Below are positions 43,513-57,033 of a DNA stretch of 64,000 nucleotides, one piece after another; the first letter of the stretch is position 1; each line of letters starts with the position of its first letter. Source of the DNA: Lepidodermella squamata (taxonomy: Eukaryota > Animalia > Gastrotricha). The stretch covers positions 1-64,000 of the forward strand of contig JBLDXI010000004.1 of assembly GCA_047495785.1 (NCBI GenBank). Reading direction: 5' to 3'. The position numbers and the translations under genes are program-made. Under the pieces are notes generated by a model, which was not told where the DNA came from, searched no databases, and saw nothing but the letters and a program-made list of their open reading frames with translations.

Positions 43513-44280
43513 TTATGAAGAAATATCCGCATCCAAAGACCCCGCGGGTGAAAGGTTGACATGCAGTGCTGCCGAGCGTTGCCTTTGCTCATTTCTACGT
43601 GCGATTGAGGCCAAGATTTTGTGCTGACGGGCGTGCTGGCTTAGCTGCGATGCATTTTCAAATGGCTGCGAACACGTGAAGCAAGTCAATGTGAACTTCT
43701 CGGAATGACGCGATCGAACGTGATTACGAAAGCCATTACGAGTAGAGTAAATGCGTCGATTGGGACAATAGTTGCATACGAATCTAAATTTTAGAGGTTC
43801 TCCACTGGCGTAATACTTAGGAGGCAATATAGTTTTGACCTGTTTAAAAAAATCGGATTGAAAGCCGGTGTCGAAATGCGATCGAAAGGAGTTACCGATG
43901 ACGTAGCAGAATTATGGCACATGTCCGAATTGAATGTTGGTTTATAAGCTGAGATTGGAATAGAGATTACTGCACCTTCTTTTAGGTCAGAAGTCGGACG
44001 AGCCCATGGAGCTATTGTGTTAATCGAAATGATAGTTGCTTTTGTAGCACCTCTTCTCGATAAATCCAACGGCTTCGACGAAAGACTGCTACTAGTATCC
44101 ACACTAATAATTTTTCTCTAATAATAGGATGAATGGCAACAAATGTAGAAGCGGATTTGAACTCATTTCGATGACTTGAATTATTGTTTCTTAGAAAAAG
44201 AGTAAAAAAACTAGCATGTTTATCAACACCGACGTATAGCGCTGTGATCGAAAAAGAAGGATGGGCACACGACTGCTACG
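43513..44280 (-). CDS. Small C2H2 zinc-finger protein with a PLDLS (CtBP-binding) motif; 5' end uncertain
   Basis: Two fingers, CNYC...HVRSRH and CFTC...HARQH (ORF 43513-43827). The upstream ORF has KPLDLS. Acceptor TTTTTTAAACAG at ~43841 is in frame with the fingers. Confidence 0.65.
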
Positions 44281-44842
44281 TGGCATCAACAATGACTCGA
44301 TTGAAGGCGCAGCGGGTTTCAAGATCGCGTGCTCTCAAATGTTCATTGCTGACGACGAGCATTTACTAGCTGTTTTTCCTAGGTGTGTTTGAATCATCGC
44401 CAACATTTACTCGAACTTGAATTTTTTGCAGCTGACTTTTTTTTAATTTTGATAAAAATGCAACCGATTTTAAGGCAATTTTCTGGCCGGTATTGTATCA
44501 GAATAATGTAAAAAAGTGCTGGTTCAGTTACAAAATTTGGCTTCTTAAAACAATTTGAAGCTTGAAATATAGATCGAAATCATCATCCGTGGGAATAATT
44601 TGTTAACCATAGGTTGCGCCACATCCCTTTTCATATTACATTTTTACATTGATTCTCCAAATAATTTCCACTTATATTGCGCTTTTAGCCATTCTTCAAC
44701 CCCATGAGAAGGCGATGATGATAATGACGTAGTAGAATGCCAATTCTATTGAGCCTTTTAATCACGAATAAATCACGAAAATGTTAAACACGCGTGCAAA
44801 GCCATACTATTATTTGAGGCCAGACCTTTTATATGGCTCCCC

Positions 44843-45079
44843 CTGTTAGCGGAGCCAAATTTCTAGTGGCCTGAAATCACTTATTGGATATTTCTTGCAG
44901 GTCAAGATTGGCTACAATAATTCTAGAAAATTCACCATTGAATTAACCGCAACATTCTGCACAAGACCGAGTGTTCAATTCAGAATTTATGCTTAGCCTA
45001 AATTTCGTATAAATATTCAAATAATGAATTTTGGGATATTTCATCGACTTTCGAAACGCAAATTTGGTTCCGCTAAAAG
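44843..45079. mobile_element. MITE, same TIR family as 36413-36640
   Basis: Shares the TIRs of 36413-36640. Confidence 0.6.
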
Positions 45080-46176
45080 ATATTCCATTTTTTATTTTTA
45101 ATAACCTTTTTCGGCCCATTTGGGGCTTATATTTGAAGTATACTTTTTACAAAGCCGACTGATTTTGCGGGAAAAACGCTGCGTTTGTACCAAAGCAAAA
45201 TAATAATGAATAATTTTTAAAAATATTGCGTTCACTCGTTGCAAGACTTATCGTGAAGAAGCCTTATAATCTCTATTAATAATTTCCATGTAAATAGAAC
45301 GCTTGTGCGAGGACGATATGGCACGAGCTCGAAGCGGTTGTTTTTTTCATTGGAAAATCACGTCAAAACAGTCGTTTTTGCGGCACGCTTTCAACCGCAT
45401 GACGCCATCTTATCAATGAAAGAGCTGGTGCGTTGAAATAAATAATAAAGCGTGGCACCTTAAAAAATCTCATTCGATTTTTTTTCAATTTAATAAAGCT
45501 TCAATCCTCGTGTGTTCTGTAAAATCACACATTATATTTTTTCGAGTTTTGAATCGAAAATCGAGCCCTAATTCAACTACCATTGGCTCTATAGGGTTAG
45601 TGTAAGAGGCCTGCGTGCCCTTCTAGTCCTGTGAACGAAGTTTGCAAATAAATTGATTGATTGATTGATTGATAGTTGAAACGCTTGCCAAGAAACTCGT
45701 AGTGGCTTCTCTTATGATTATGTATAGATAGAGCCCTAAAGGAGGCCAGTTGCGAGGAAAAAATCCCGGAGCTGCCAGGGATGGAACAACTTTTTTTGCT
45801 GTTTTTGCCAAAGTGACTAGTCATTTCAACGAAAAAGTGAGCCAAGCGAGAAAATTTAGAAGATTTTCCACTCAAAACGCCCCAAAATCTCTCAAAATTA
45901 ACGAAATTGTGGGTTAAATTCTCATTTTGCTGTATGGGCCGGCCGAGATAGAAGGGATCAAATTTCTGATAACAGCTAATTTTGTGCCTATTTTGGAGGA
46001 TGGTTTTCGCAGAATTTAAAAGTCACAAATCTGAAAAGAATTGCTCGAAATGTGTAACCTGAATTTCTAAACAGTTCTGTTTTTGGATGCGTGTGCACCA
46101 ATTGTTTTAGTGACCTATATATGAATCGCGAACAATACAGAATATTATTTCAGTGATTTTATTGATGCTGATATAT

Positions 46177-48010
46177 ATGACTGATTATCACTACGAATTG
46201 GCGTTTCTGCTATTACTTGCGTCGAGCAACGTCGCTTTGGGCCAGAAGCCGTTGAACTGGGTTCGGTGCTTCTCGCAGTTCAGCAACCGCTTCACCAGCT
46301 GTGTTGAAGCTTCCACTGGCTGCGATGCGCTCAACGAATTTCAGGTTTTTCTCAATCGAATTAGACACTATAGCGTTGTCAATCGGGACTATTCTCTACC
46401 GATAGTGGGGCGGGATTTTCCGAACAATCGGCGTCTGCAACACTGGGGTCAGTTTTTTCTTTGATGCGATTCAATATTTTATCCCTCTCTGTTCTGGCAA
46501 TAGAATGCTCGAATGTGCTACAAATATGCGGCTCTATCTCCGTTTTGCGTGCCTGGTAACATCGGTTGCAACAACCCGGGTGATATGAATGTATGCTTCA
46601 TTTTTTCCGACTTCAAAAACAAATCACCAGCGAACTCTTCAAGTGAAATTTCAAAAAGTTTCGAAATTTTAATCTCAACATTTACTTGTGTTTTAATTCA
46701 CATTAGACGTTCTGGTTCGATAATCAGACGCCGACGTTGAGCCTGAATTACAACATCAATGAATGCGAGAAGAAACGGGCTGTTTTTGATGTAAGAGAAC
46801 TTGATCTTTGGTTGTATTGTAATAGCAATGCCTTGTTTTCCATCATAGAAATTGAAATTCAGGCGTTGTACTTCCAACAACATCATCAGAACCTGTGTTC
46901 CGGACCCTTACTCTTGCCCTGAAAGTTGGGTATATTTTTTCTCTTCTATTTGAATAAATTCCGATAATTTCTCAGATGTCTTAAAAATTGGAACAATATA
47001 GAAAATTTCATTTTCATTAATCCAAACTCCGTAGGTCACTGAATCGCCGCTGTTCTCGAATTTAACGTCATGCATTAACGGTACAGGTTCGTGAATTGTT
47101 CAAAATATTTATGATCCCTTATCGATGAGATATTAATATCGATATACATTTTTTCAGTCACTGTTCCTGATAGCGAGAAGCCGAACATCCGCTGTTTCGA
47201 CTCATCTACCGGCAAATTCACCGATTGCCGCCCACAAAGCTCCGGTTGCTCCGCTAGCAATGAGACTCAGCAATACTCGGCCAAGGTTTACATCAAACGA
47301 GATAGTTGTCTGATTGGCGTGAGCTACAATTCAACCCATGAAACATTTTAATTATTAATTTTCGATATAGAATGCTGTTTCCTGCAAAGATTCATCCGGA
47401 AGACTGTCTTGCTACGCAGCATGTCCTAAAGGTCAAAACCAGGTAAGCCTTACACCAGATTGTAGCTTTTGGTATCAACTGCAGCTTTTCATCAGGATAA
47501 GCTGTTCTCGGCCCTGCAGACCTTTCAGCTCAATCACGAACAATGCTTCAAGGATATATCACCACCAGTTCGTTTTGAAGATTGCATTCTCCATCATTTA
47601 TTTTAATTTAAAAATAGTCTCTGAACAAGAATTACTTCCCGTTGAAGTTTACCCCGGGTGTCAACAGATCCGAGGCCGGGCCAAAATGCAGTGAGAACAA
47701 TGCTTCGCTAGCCACAATCAAGTCCGACGCTGAGTATGCAACGGCAATGGAAGCTTTGGGACCGATCACAAGCATCAACATGTGGATCGGTCTCACTAAG
47801 CAAGGCATGGCCTACAAATGGGACGACGGCACTGATATGACGACGCGCAATGCTTCGCAGTGGTTCAACTGGTACACCGGGCCGAATGACGCCTGCTATA
47901 CCCTCTGCTATTTTCGCACGATAAACGGCGTTCCAAGCGACGGTTATTACTTTGTACTGCAACAATGCTTCACTGAGCTCGATTACGTCTTGTGCGAGAC
48001 ATTTTCTTGA
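46177..48010 (+). CDS. 4-Cys-module / C-type lectin family copy E (5 modules plus CTLD)
   Basis: Starts MTDYHYELAFLLLLASSNVALGQKPLNWVRCF. Canonical splice sites. CTLD motifs MWIGL, WDDGT, YVLCET. Confidence 0.8.
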
Positions 48011-48552
48011 CTATTTTACACCGCTGAGTCTTTGAGAGATGCGGTAAACTCAAATGTATATCTGTGAAGGACGGTGGAATTTCCAACTTATATCAATGGT
48101 TTCAGCTTTCAAATCGAAAATTTATCTTTCAAATAAAGTTATCTTTAAAGAAGTTCATTCAATAAATTCCCACAATTTTGAAATAAAATATAAGTTATTA
48201 CAGTGAAACTCCGATTTCGCGTCCTTTTATTTTCCGCATGACCGGCTAAGCAAAAAATAAGGGGAGAAAAAGCTTCATTTTTCCGCGCAGAATCGAATGG
48301 CATGTAAATTGACCCAGATTATCCGTCTTTTCGGATTTTCCGCCCGGCCCGTATATATAATAAATAAAATAAAACAAAATGTAATTTAAAGCAGAGGCGT
48401 AACCAGGAAATTTTTTGGTAGTTGCTATAGATCGCAGAAAGAAATTTGAAGAAATTTGAGTCTAATCAAAACGCCGCCCCATGTAAATCATACATCTAAG
48501 AGGGCTGTGGTCGAAAGAATAATAAATTTGTTATAAATGTATTTTTTGCTTA

Positions 48553-48672
48553 CCGTAGTTACCGAAATATAAGCGCCCACTCGTTTAGAAGCCTGTCTCG
48601 ATTAGAAGCCTAGGTAAATTGAAATTCGTTGATGCATAGTCCTATCTCGAATAGTAGCATAGGCTACTACGG
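48553..48672. mobile_element. Short Tc1/mariner-type MITE
   Basis: TA|CCGTAGT...ACTACGG|TA. Confidence 0.5.
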
Positions 48673-49123
48673 TACGTGTGCTCTGCTGCGCTGAACGGTA
48701 TTTAAAAACGAAAAATTCGTGAAGATATGTAATATTCTGCGATTTATGATGATTTTAGTTAAAGCTTTCCTTAAAAGTTCATGATACAAAAACTACCAAA
48801 AGCTAACTTAACCCTTAGACGCCGGCGCAATGACGTGTGGGGGTACGACTTGACGCGTCCGAGTTTTTATGTATTTAAGAAATTTGCAGTCAATATATTA
48901 AATATATTAAATTTGCAGTAAACGTCGTACATGGGTATAATTTAAAGCGGTCCGAGCGTGGAGGGACAAATCAATGTTACCCGCCTGCGTACGGGCCGAA
49001 ATCGGACGGGGGCCCTAACATAAGCAAGAGCATTTTGAGGGTTTTGAGTAGAGCTTTGGATTTGATTTGATTTGATTTAGGACCTAAATCACGGACCTCC
49101 TTCAATCAATAAAAATCAATCAT

Positions 49124-49462
49124 CGTCCCAATCATTTTGAGCTAATAAACCAGATTTTCTTCTAGTGAAAGGATGCAATTGAAGCAGCACGATATAAGCA
49201 ATAATATAGAACCATCAAAAAAGTGTACGATAGATTTTTTTCTGTGTCGCACTATAACATCGTTATAATGCTGTTATAAATAAGCGAAAATGGGGTCTAG
49301 ATCAATTCAAGTCAAATCAACGCGAAAATCACCGCATTGAACCTGGCAGCGTGTTTTCATCAGCACTAACTTCCACTTATCCGAGAAGTTTTATCATTTG
49401 TTTTGGATTGTTATAGACCAACTAGAAGAAAATCTGGTTTATTAGCTCAAAATGATTGGGAC
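49124..49462. repeat. ~42-bp inverted repeat pair
   Basis: GTCCCAATCATTTTGAGCTAATAAACCAGATTTTCTTCTAGT is mirrored at 49421-49462. Confidence 0.75.
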
Positions 49463-50057
49463 AATGATTGGGACGTGAAAATGAACCCATGCACCCATTT
49501 TCCATGGTAAAAACTGAACTTAGCAGCAAAAGTTGGCAGCACGCCAACGGAATGTGATGCAAATTTTTGTTTCTATCAACTAGTTGGTAGAATTGACTAC
49601 GTTTCCGGAACCCCGTTTTTCTTTTACCTAGATAAACCGACAACTAGTCATCTGGCATTTCCAGCCCTTGTATAAAAGGAAATTTTGTCATACATAAATG
49701 TGTATGAAACGTTAAAATTTCATCCAAAAAAACTTGTGTGAGTTTGATGCCTTTCCAAAAAAGCTTGAAAAAGGATACGCATAGGAAACGCGTACAAAGA
49801 GCGCCTGAGAGCTCGGTACTGTTAGGAGAACCTGTCAGTTTATTGCTTTCTTTCACTTTCTTCATCAGGAAGAAAAGTGGTGACTGTTTATTGTTTATTG
49901 CTGTTTTTTGTGAAATCCATGAATTAGCTACTGAAAATCATTAAATTTATTTAGTAATGATTAATCTTATATTGTATGACGTCATAAAGTATATATCAAT
50001 ATCATTTTACTTCGCTGTTAACCACATTTCGCAAACCACAATTCATTTCGTCGAGTT

Positions 50058-52286
50058 TTACGAATAAGTCTCACATAAGACGTGGGCCAGCCAAAGGTTA
50101 CACGATGCAATGGCAAAATACCACACGCCCTGCGCCTGTTCGATGTACGCCAGATTAGTACAGCCCCGTATCACTGTCCCGTAAAACTGCGATTCCAACG
50201 TGAAATCGGAGCCATCGTCCCATTTTATCGTGCCATTCTTATACGCAGTAAGGCCGATCCAGAAGCGGTAGATGTATTGGCTTTGCGACCCGTTCACGAC
50301 TTGCCTAGCCAGTGCCAGCTCTTCTTCTGTCTTGATCGTAGTTATCGTTAAATTGTTTGCGAGGCACGTCGCTATTCCACCGTCTTTACCGAGTGTCAAG
50401 TCCGGCGACTGGAATTTCAAGAATTTCTTAGTCGCATTGCGACAAGCGTTCTCGTCTGGAAAGGCGATGTTGGCCGGAATTCGAAGCTGTGTTGCCGCAT
50501 TGCAGCCCGTCGACTGTTTCACGCAATGAACCGCCCCGCCATTGTTGTCGACGCAGCGGATATAGGCAAATCCGCTTCAAAATAGGATTTTAGGAATATA
50601 GTCAAAATAGCGTACGCGCTTGAGATAAAGAGGGCCCCTCTCCCCTCCACCTCGGGAGGTTTAGGGAAGAAATCCCGAGAAACCACAATGGGGTTCTTTG
50701 CTTAAATAAATTCTGGGGTGAAAATTCAAGATACCTAAGCGTTACCTCGCACCAAGCCCTTTCATTCACCTCGCGGATCCTACTTCACCCACTTCCAAAA
50801 TAGCTACCAAGAATGGGCAATACATTTTTGCCGAAACGGCAAACGAAAAAGTTCAGAAGGAAGGAAATTTTGACGAAATTCGGCGCAAACAGTGAAATTT
50901 TAGAAAATGTAAAAAAATAAGTTCACACCAACCTGGGCTTGTAAGCAGTCGGCGTAGTTACCGGCAAAGTCTGTTTTCGCTCTAAAAATTGTTACCTGAA
51001 AAAATAACGCTTTGACAATCTCGTGAGTGAAATCTGTTACACTTTTTTTTTAAATTGAGCCTTGAGCCCTCTTCAAACCGTAGGCTATAACCCTGAACTC
51101 CGTAGTTACCCGAGTCATGACCTCATTGATTTTCATTTAAGCTGAACCTACCACCGTCATAGGAGACGGACACGTGTTGCGGCAAACCATTCCACCAGAC
51201 GTCGAGCATAAGGCCGCCGGCTACAAAATTTGCAAAATCAATTTTCTAAAACTAATTTCAGGACGAAAAACTCACGCCCGCCTCGCAACGGTATCGGTCG
51301 ATGTAAGTTCCTGTACTGTAGGACTGAAAAATAATATTAGGAATTATGATTTCCTTATTACAACAGACTGAACCTGAGTCATTGAGGCTGGATCGCATGG
51401 CGTCGATCGGCAGCCGACGAAGGATCGATCACTCTGGAGGAAGCATCGATTGTGAGGCGCGAAATCGGAATTGTTTCTCGCAACTGGAAAAATAAATAGA
51501 GTTTGTTTACAGAAAAAATTACGAACAAAACAAATTTTCTCCTGCGCTAAGCAGAGTTGCGTTGTTCTATAGCTGCCAACTGGGCTCTGCTTTAAACTAG
51601 ATGGTTGAATTTCTACTTCAGTGGTTGAAACATACCCCGCCATTTGAGGAATGCACGTTCGCTGGCCGTTATTGTCACAAACCGTCGCCTTGATATTCTA
51701 AATTATTAAAAAAGTATTGATAGGCATTAAATCGAAAATTTTATTCATTATCTAAAAATCGTACCATGAAAGTTTTGATCGTTGATTGGCACAGATTGTA
51801 TTGTGATGCGAAAACATCGCCAAGAAATTCAGCAGTCTGTTAAAAGGAAAAGAAAATTTCAAAATGGGAATTTCAAGTGATTTCTCAAGCCCTTACCATG
51901 ACTTCATCGTTTTTATCACAGCCGAGATTACGAGGGATACATTGCATGTTGATCGTTTTTTATAGTTGAAGCAGCTTCGCGCGGCCTACAATCGCATTAC
52001 GATTGAAAATCAGCCAGAATAAAAGCCCGAAAAATTTATTCATGAACTTGCCCCAGATTTGCAACTCGCCAGTGAATTCAACTTGAGCCCGAGCTTAACA
52101 TTGAAAAATTGAAAATTAAATCCATAGTCGAATAAGAGGCCTTACCTGAGCTACGTCGAGGAACGAACAGTTCTCTTTGCAGCCTGTAAAAGCATCATCC
52201 AATCGGGAGAAGCATCGCTTGAATTCTTGTGTATAGGCCGATGCTGTTAAGCTCAAGATGAGAAAAATTTGAATCAATTCAGCCAT
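50058..52286 (-). CDS. 4-Cys-module / C-type lectin family copy F (closest to copy A, single CTLD)
   Basis: Starts MAELIQIFLILSLTASAYTQEFKRCFSRLDDAFTGCKENC. Exon series parallels copy A. CTLD motifs FWIGL, WDDGS, HVLCET. Confidence 0.75.
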
Positions 52287-52601
52287 AATTAATAATCTTA
52301 ATTTTAAATAAAAAAAATGAATGAAATGAATGGCGAACGTTGAGCACGCGATGGGTTTCTCTTCAACATCTGGCTAGTGGCACGCGCTCGTCTTATTTTT
52401 TGAATTGAAAACAGCGAATTAAACTGGAAATAGGCGACCTTAAACAATTGTAAATCCTGAAACAGAGTAGCGCGTGCATCTCATCGCCATATGGAGCGGA
52501 AGGAGGCACGCGATCGCTCGACAACTTGATGAAAACAAAACACCACTTATTTATTTGCTTTTTTCACTTCACGAATTATTTATTTCATTATTTGATATAA
52601 A

Positions 52602-52915
52602 ATGATGGTTTTTCACGAGGCTCTGCTTATGATTTCGTCGAGCGACATGGCTTCGGGCAAGAACTGGGCAGCTGAACTGGGTTCGGTGCTTCTCGAAGCA
52701 AAGCAACAAATTCACCAATTGCGTCCCAGCGGCTGATGGCTGCGATCCTCTTAAAGAATTTCAGGTTAGCCTTGTTGATTAGAATGGGCGACTGCTTTCT
52801 GGTGGGATTGCGTCGACATTGGCCTCAGAGTATATGATCAAACCTACAAGTTCGATACACTTTATTGCGACGCCACAAATCGCCATTACGTCATCTGCGA
52901 AACCTACATCTCTAG
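52602..52915 (+). pseudogene. Internally deleted lectin-family copy (exon 1 joined to a CTLD tail)
   Basis: LNWVRCFSKQSNKFTNCVPAADGCDPLKEFQ is followed within ~150 bp by HYVICETYIS*. Confidence 0.65.
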
Positions 52916-54285
52916 CTGAGGATCTGTTCGAATTTCCTACTGGCTACGCATCAGTTGACTATTGAGAAATAATAGGTCTAGTGAAACGTAAGAGACAGGT
53001 CTGAATGTATATCAGTGTTCGATCATGTTGTCAAATAAATTATTATCAGAGCAAGACTGATGTGGAACAACTCAGCCTAGCTCAACAAGCTGTTTCCAAT
53101 TAAAGACCATTCGCAATTTTCATTATTCCCAATGGCGAGCGTCAAATTATTCCTTAGTTTGTCCGAGAATTTTCGAAATAGGACACTCTGCCCAATAATC
53201 ATTTGCCAAATTGTCGTTTTCGGTTCTTAACATTGCAATGTCGCACTGATGTTGGCCGAATAGTCGTGCCGAGTGGTCGCATGTTGATAGTCGTTTGCTC
53301 AATTGTCGCCACGCCTCACTTCCTGAGAAATGAAGCCAATTTTTATCGGCGCGATTTTTGTCAAATTTGAAATAATTTCCCATTAATTTTGATTACTCAT
53401 ATAAAAATGAACCATTCGAGCATATAAATTCTTTTCAATTTTCAATTCACCGATTGAGAATCGCCAGAAGTAATAAAATAAATTACGCTCAATGTCAAAT
53501 AAAGTTTCAAAAAATTGCGAAATATTCCGATATACCTATGATTTCAAAGGTAAAACATGAAGGCAGAACCGTTTGGAAAACCAGCGTTAATTATCAAGTA
53601 CAGGGCCTTCGCGTAATAATACTCTCCTAAAAATAGCTTTGCTACTTTTTGCATTCATTTGAGCTTTTTTGTAGCTATTTTTAGCTCAGTCAGAGTATTA
53701 ATACGCGAACGCCCTGTAACAGCTGAGCAAATTAATCGGCTCATTTCGATGTTTTTTAACAATGATTCAGCGGTCGAACTGGAAGGCGCAGTTTTTGAAT
53801 TTTTGTTTTAAAAAATCGAGACCCGCTGTTTCGAACATATGGACATTTTTGAGAATTGCGCAGCAGTAGCGCGAAAATATGCGTGCACAGCTGCAAACAC
53901 TGAGTCAATAATAGTCGGCAGTTTGATCAAGTTGCACACAGTTTCGTGTGAGTCCGCAATCGAGCTCTTGCTGAAAAGAATTGGAAAAAGGTGGGTGCCG
54001 CCAGTTGAAAAAAGAAAACGCCTAGGTGCCTCACAAAAGTAAATTCGGAATCAGGTTGGGGGTAAGAGCAAGCTTTTCTATATTGTTTTTCGTTAGGTAA
54101 TGTGTACATATAATATCCGGGTTATTTTTCGCCGCGCAGCTATGAAATTCGAATAAACAAGTAGAGTTGAAAAATTTAATAAAATTCGCATCGAAACAGA
54201 GATAATTGGAACAGACGGCGCGGGTATTGCGCATGCGCTATTACTCCACTCTTTGATTTTCGTTTTTCCCATCCAAACTCTGAGC

Positions 54286-55035
54286 ATGAAGCTATTTGAT
54301 ACGTCAATAGCTATAATGATATCAATAGTGGCATTGAGCTATGCACAAACTTTGCCTACCCATGTAAACAGCCCGCAAGATGCGTTGGACGTCCTGCCCA
54401 GCAGTAACGAGATGTTTCTCTGGCTCCTGGACCATGGTAACACTGACGTGTTCTCAACTGCTCAGAACGCGTTTCTACCACCGAGTTTCGTTCAAGCTAA
54501 AGCTTTTGATACAGGGCCCCATCTAATAGGAGCTACGACCTCTGCGACAGACGCCGATCCAATCGGGAGATACACCTTAAGTATAGCGCCTAGCTTTTTC
54601 ACGCTCACGTTCTACGTGAAAACAACGTGTCAAGAATCAGGCATAATCCACATAGATGGCGCGTTTGTGATTCGGTGCGATGGAGGCAAAATGATTTTGT
54701 CACCTTCGCCAAGTTCCGACATAGCCTGGCTCGAATTTTCCTCGTTAACGAGTACTTGGAGTTTCGTAGCTATAACCTACGACTCTTCTAAGCCGATCTG
54801 GCGATGGTCTGCTACACCAGCTAACGCTGCTTTCGATGCGATAGCAATGAACAATAATACGGTCAATGACCTTGTTTTTCCATCTTCTGTAGGCCCGCTA
54901 CACATAGCACAAGGATGGTCAGTGCCTCAGCAGAAGTTTGTTTTTACGAAACCGAACACTGACGCGTTTGCTTGTATGGTTTTGTACCAACAAGTTTTGT
55001 CTGACTATCAACTCAGTCAGGGTTGTGAGAGATGA
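54286..55035 (+). CDS. Intronless secreted protein, concanavalin A-like / LamG-pentraxin-like fold
   Basis: 249 aa with a signal peptide. FTLTFYVK, TWSFVAITYDS, LHIAQG and CMVLYQQVLS match the LamG-3/pentraxin pattern. Confidence 0.7.
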   Translation: MKLFDTSIAIMISIVALSYAQTLPTHVNSPQDALDVLPSSNEMFLWLLDHGNTDVFSTAQNAFLPPSFVQAKAFDTGPHLIGATTSATDADPIGRYTLSIAPSFFTLTFYVKTTCQESGIIHIDGAFVIRCDGGKMILSPSPSSDIAWLEFSSLTSTWSFVAITYDSSKPIWRWSATPANAAFDAIAMNNNTVNDLVFPSSVGPLHIAQGWSVPQQKFVFTKPNTDAFACMVLYQQVLSDYQLSQGCER

Positions 55036-55244
55036 ATCAAACTCAGTTTGGGTTTGGTTTATTTTTATAAATCAAACCCAAACTGAGCATTCTATCAAAA
55101 AGCCAGCTCTGAGAACTGATTGCCTTGATTTCGTATATTTTCGAACTTTTCCATCACTTCTTTGATTTCTATCAATCCTGTTTATAGATTTTCTTGAATA
55201 AATCTCACCGTCTACTCTTTATGGGGCGAGCATAAGATTTAAGT

Positions 55245-56045
55245 TCGAGTTAATGTTGGCGATACTCCAAAAACACATATGAAAAACAGCTCGTCGTCAG
55301 CAATGAACACGCGATCTTGAAACCCGCTGCGCCTTCAAACGAGTCATTGTTGATGCGACGTAGCAGTCGTGTGCCCATTCTTCTTTTTCGATCACAGCGC
55401 TCGCTATACGTCGGTGTTGATAAACATGCTAGTTTTTTTACTCTTTTTCTAAGAAACAATAATTCAAGTCATCGAAATGAGTTCAAATCCGCTTCTGCAT
55501 TTGTTGCCATTCATCCTATTATTAGAGAAAAATGATTAGTGTGGATACTAGTAGCAGTCTTTCGTCGAAGCCGTTGGATTTATCGAGAAGAGCTGCTACG
55601 AAAGCAACTATCATTTCGATTAACACAATAGCTCCATGGGCTCGTCCGACGTCTGACCTAAAAGAAGGTGCAGTAATCTCTATTCCAATCTCAGCTTATA
55701 AACCAACATTCAATTCGGACATGTGCCATAATTCTGCTGCGTTATCGGTAAACTCTGTCGCCTTTCGACACCGGCTTTCAATCCGATTTTTTTAAACAGG
55801 TCAAAACTAAATTGCCTCCTACGTATTACGCCAGTGAACAACGTCAAAAATGTAGATTCGTATGCGAGTATTGCCCCCATCGACGCATTTACTCTACTCG
55901 TAATGGCTTTCGCAATCACGTTCGATCGCGCCATTTCGAGAAGTTCACATTGACGTGCTTCACGTGACTACCAGACTACCTATTGTCATTTTTCGATGAA
56001 ATAAAGTTAAAATTGTCTTTTCCTGAAAAAAAACATCGTGTTATT
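55245..56045 (+). pseudogene. Inverted, degenerate duplicate of the 43370-44420 zinc-finger locus
   Basis: ORFs 55532-55795 and 55250-55459 nearly match 43791-44102 and 44184-44369. The finger exon is frameshifted and partly deleted. Confidence 0.8.
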
Positions 56046-56302
56046 CTTAGTGAAGACAAAGAAAAATCATTTCAATTCAATATTCTGTTCCTTTTGGTGA
56101 TTTCAACGAGCTGTCGCATGAGTTGGAAACACATCGAAGATGATCCGCTGCCAATCGGTCTTCGAAGCGACGATTTCGTACCCGAGGAGGGCGGGTCCCC
56201 TACAGAGCAGCAGGCTTCACTTTGGTAAGCAGCAGGTGAACTGGGTTCGCTGCTTCTCGCAGTTCAGCAACCGGTTCACCAGCTATAATAACTTGGATCA
56301 TC

Positions 56303-57033
56303 ATGACTTCTGTCTCGTTCGCTCTAGCTCTGGCTGCTGTTGTAGGCTGTGTTGTTGCCTATGGCGATCCGATGAAAACAGGTAAAGTTCTGAATTTGAA
56401 AAGCGAAAGCTATATGATAATAGAAACCTCGAAATGATGGTGAAATTTGAAATTTCGGGCTGTTAAGTGGAATTCCCAATTTTGATTGCAGGAAGATTTT
56501 TAGCCGTTGATAATTGAGCCTGCAATTTTAAATTTTAAATTCTAACTTATTATTCTTTTATATTTTCAGTTCAAATTAAAATTTGTTATTTCATTGAAAA
56601 TTTTGGTTTATATATTCAAATTGATTTTAACTTGATTTTCATTAATCGGTATACTTGGATTAATTTCACTTTGATTGATTTGCATATTGACTAGTTTGAA
56701 CTTTCATGTACGGCCGGTGTTGCAGCGATAACAAGTGCCGTTTCGGCTACGGCTACGGCGAGCAGTCGTGCCCGGAGGACGTTAAATGCAAAACCGACAC
56801 CGACTGCCCGGCCAACATGTGCTGCTCTGGGCTGGAACGCGAACGCGGCCACGTTCGCTTACAACAAATTCGTCTGCAAGTAAGGAATACTTTAAAGTTT
56901 CACTCAAGTCTTGCATTGCTAGTTTGTCGATAGGAGCTCCTGCATGGTTGATAGCGATTGCGATGCTGGTGTTCAATGCAAGGGGGCTGGTACCACGCCT
57001 GGCCGTTGCAACAAGCAGTTCACTGGCTTGTAA
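56303..57033 (+). pseudogene. Second copy of the small Cys-rich secreted peptide gene
   Basis: Highly similar to 24459-26079. The exon-2 acceptor and start are deleted at ~56700 and there is a frameshift at ~56855. Confidence 0.8.
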
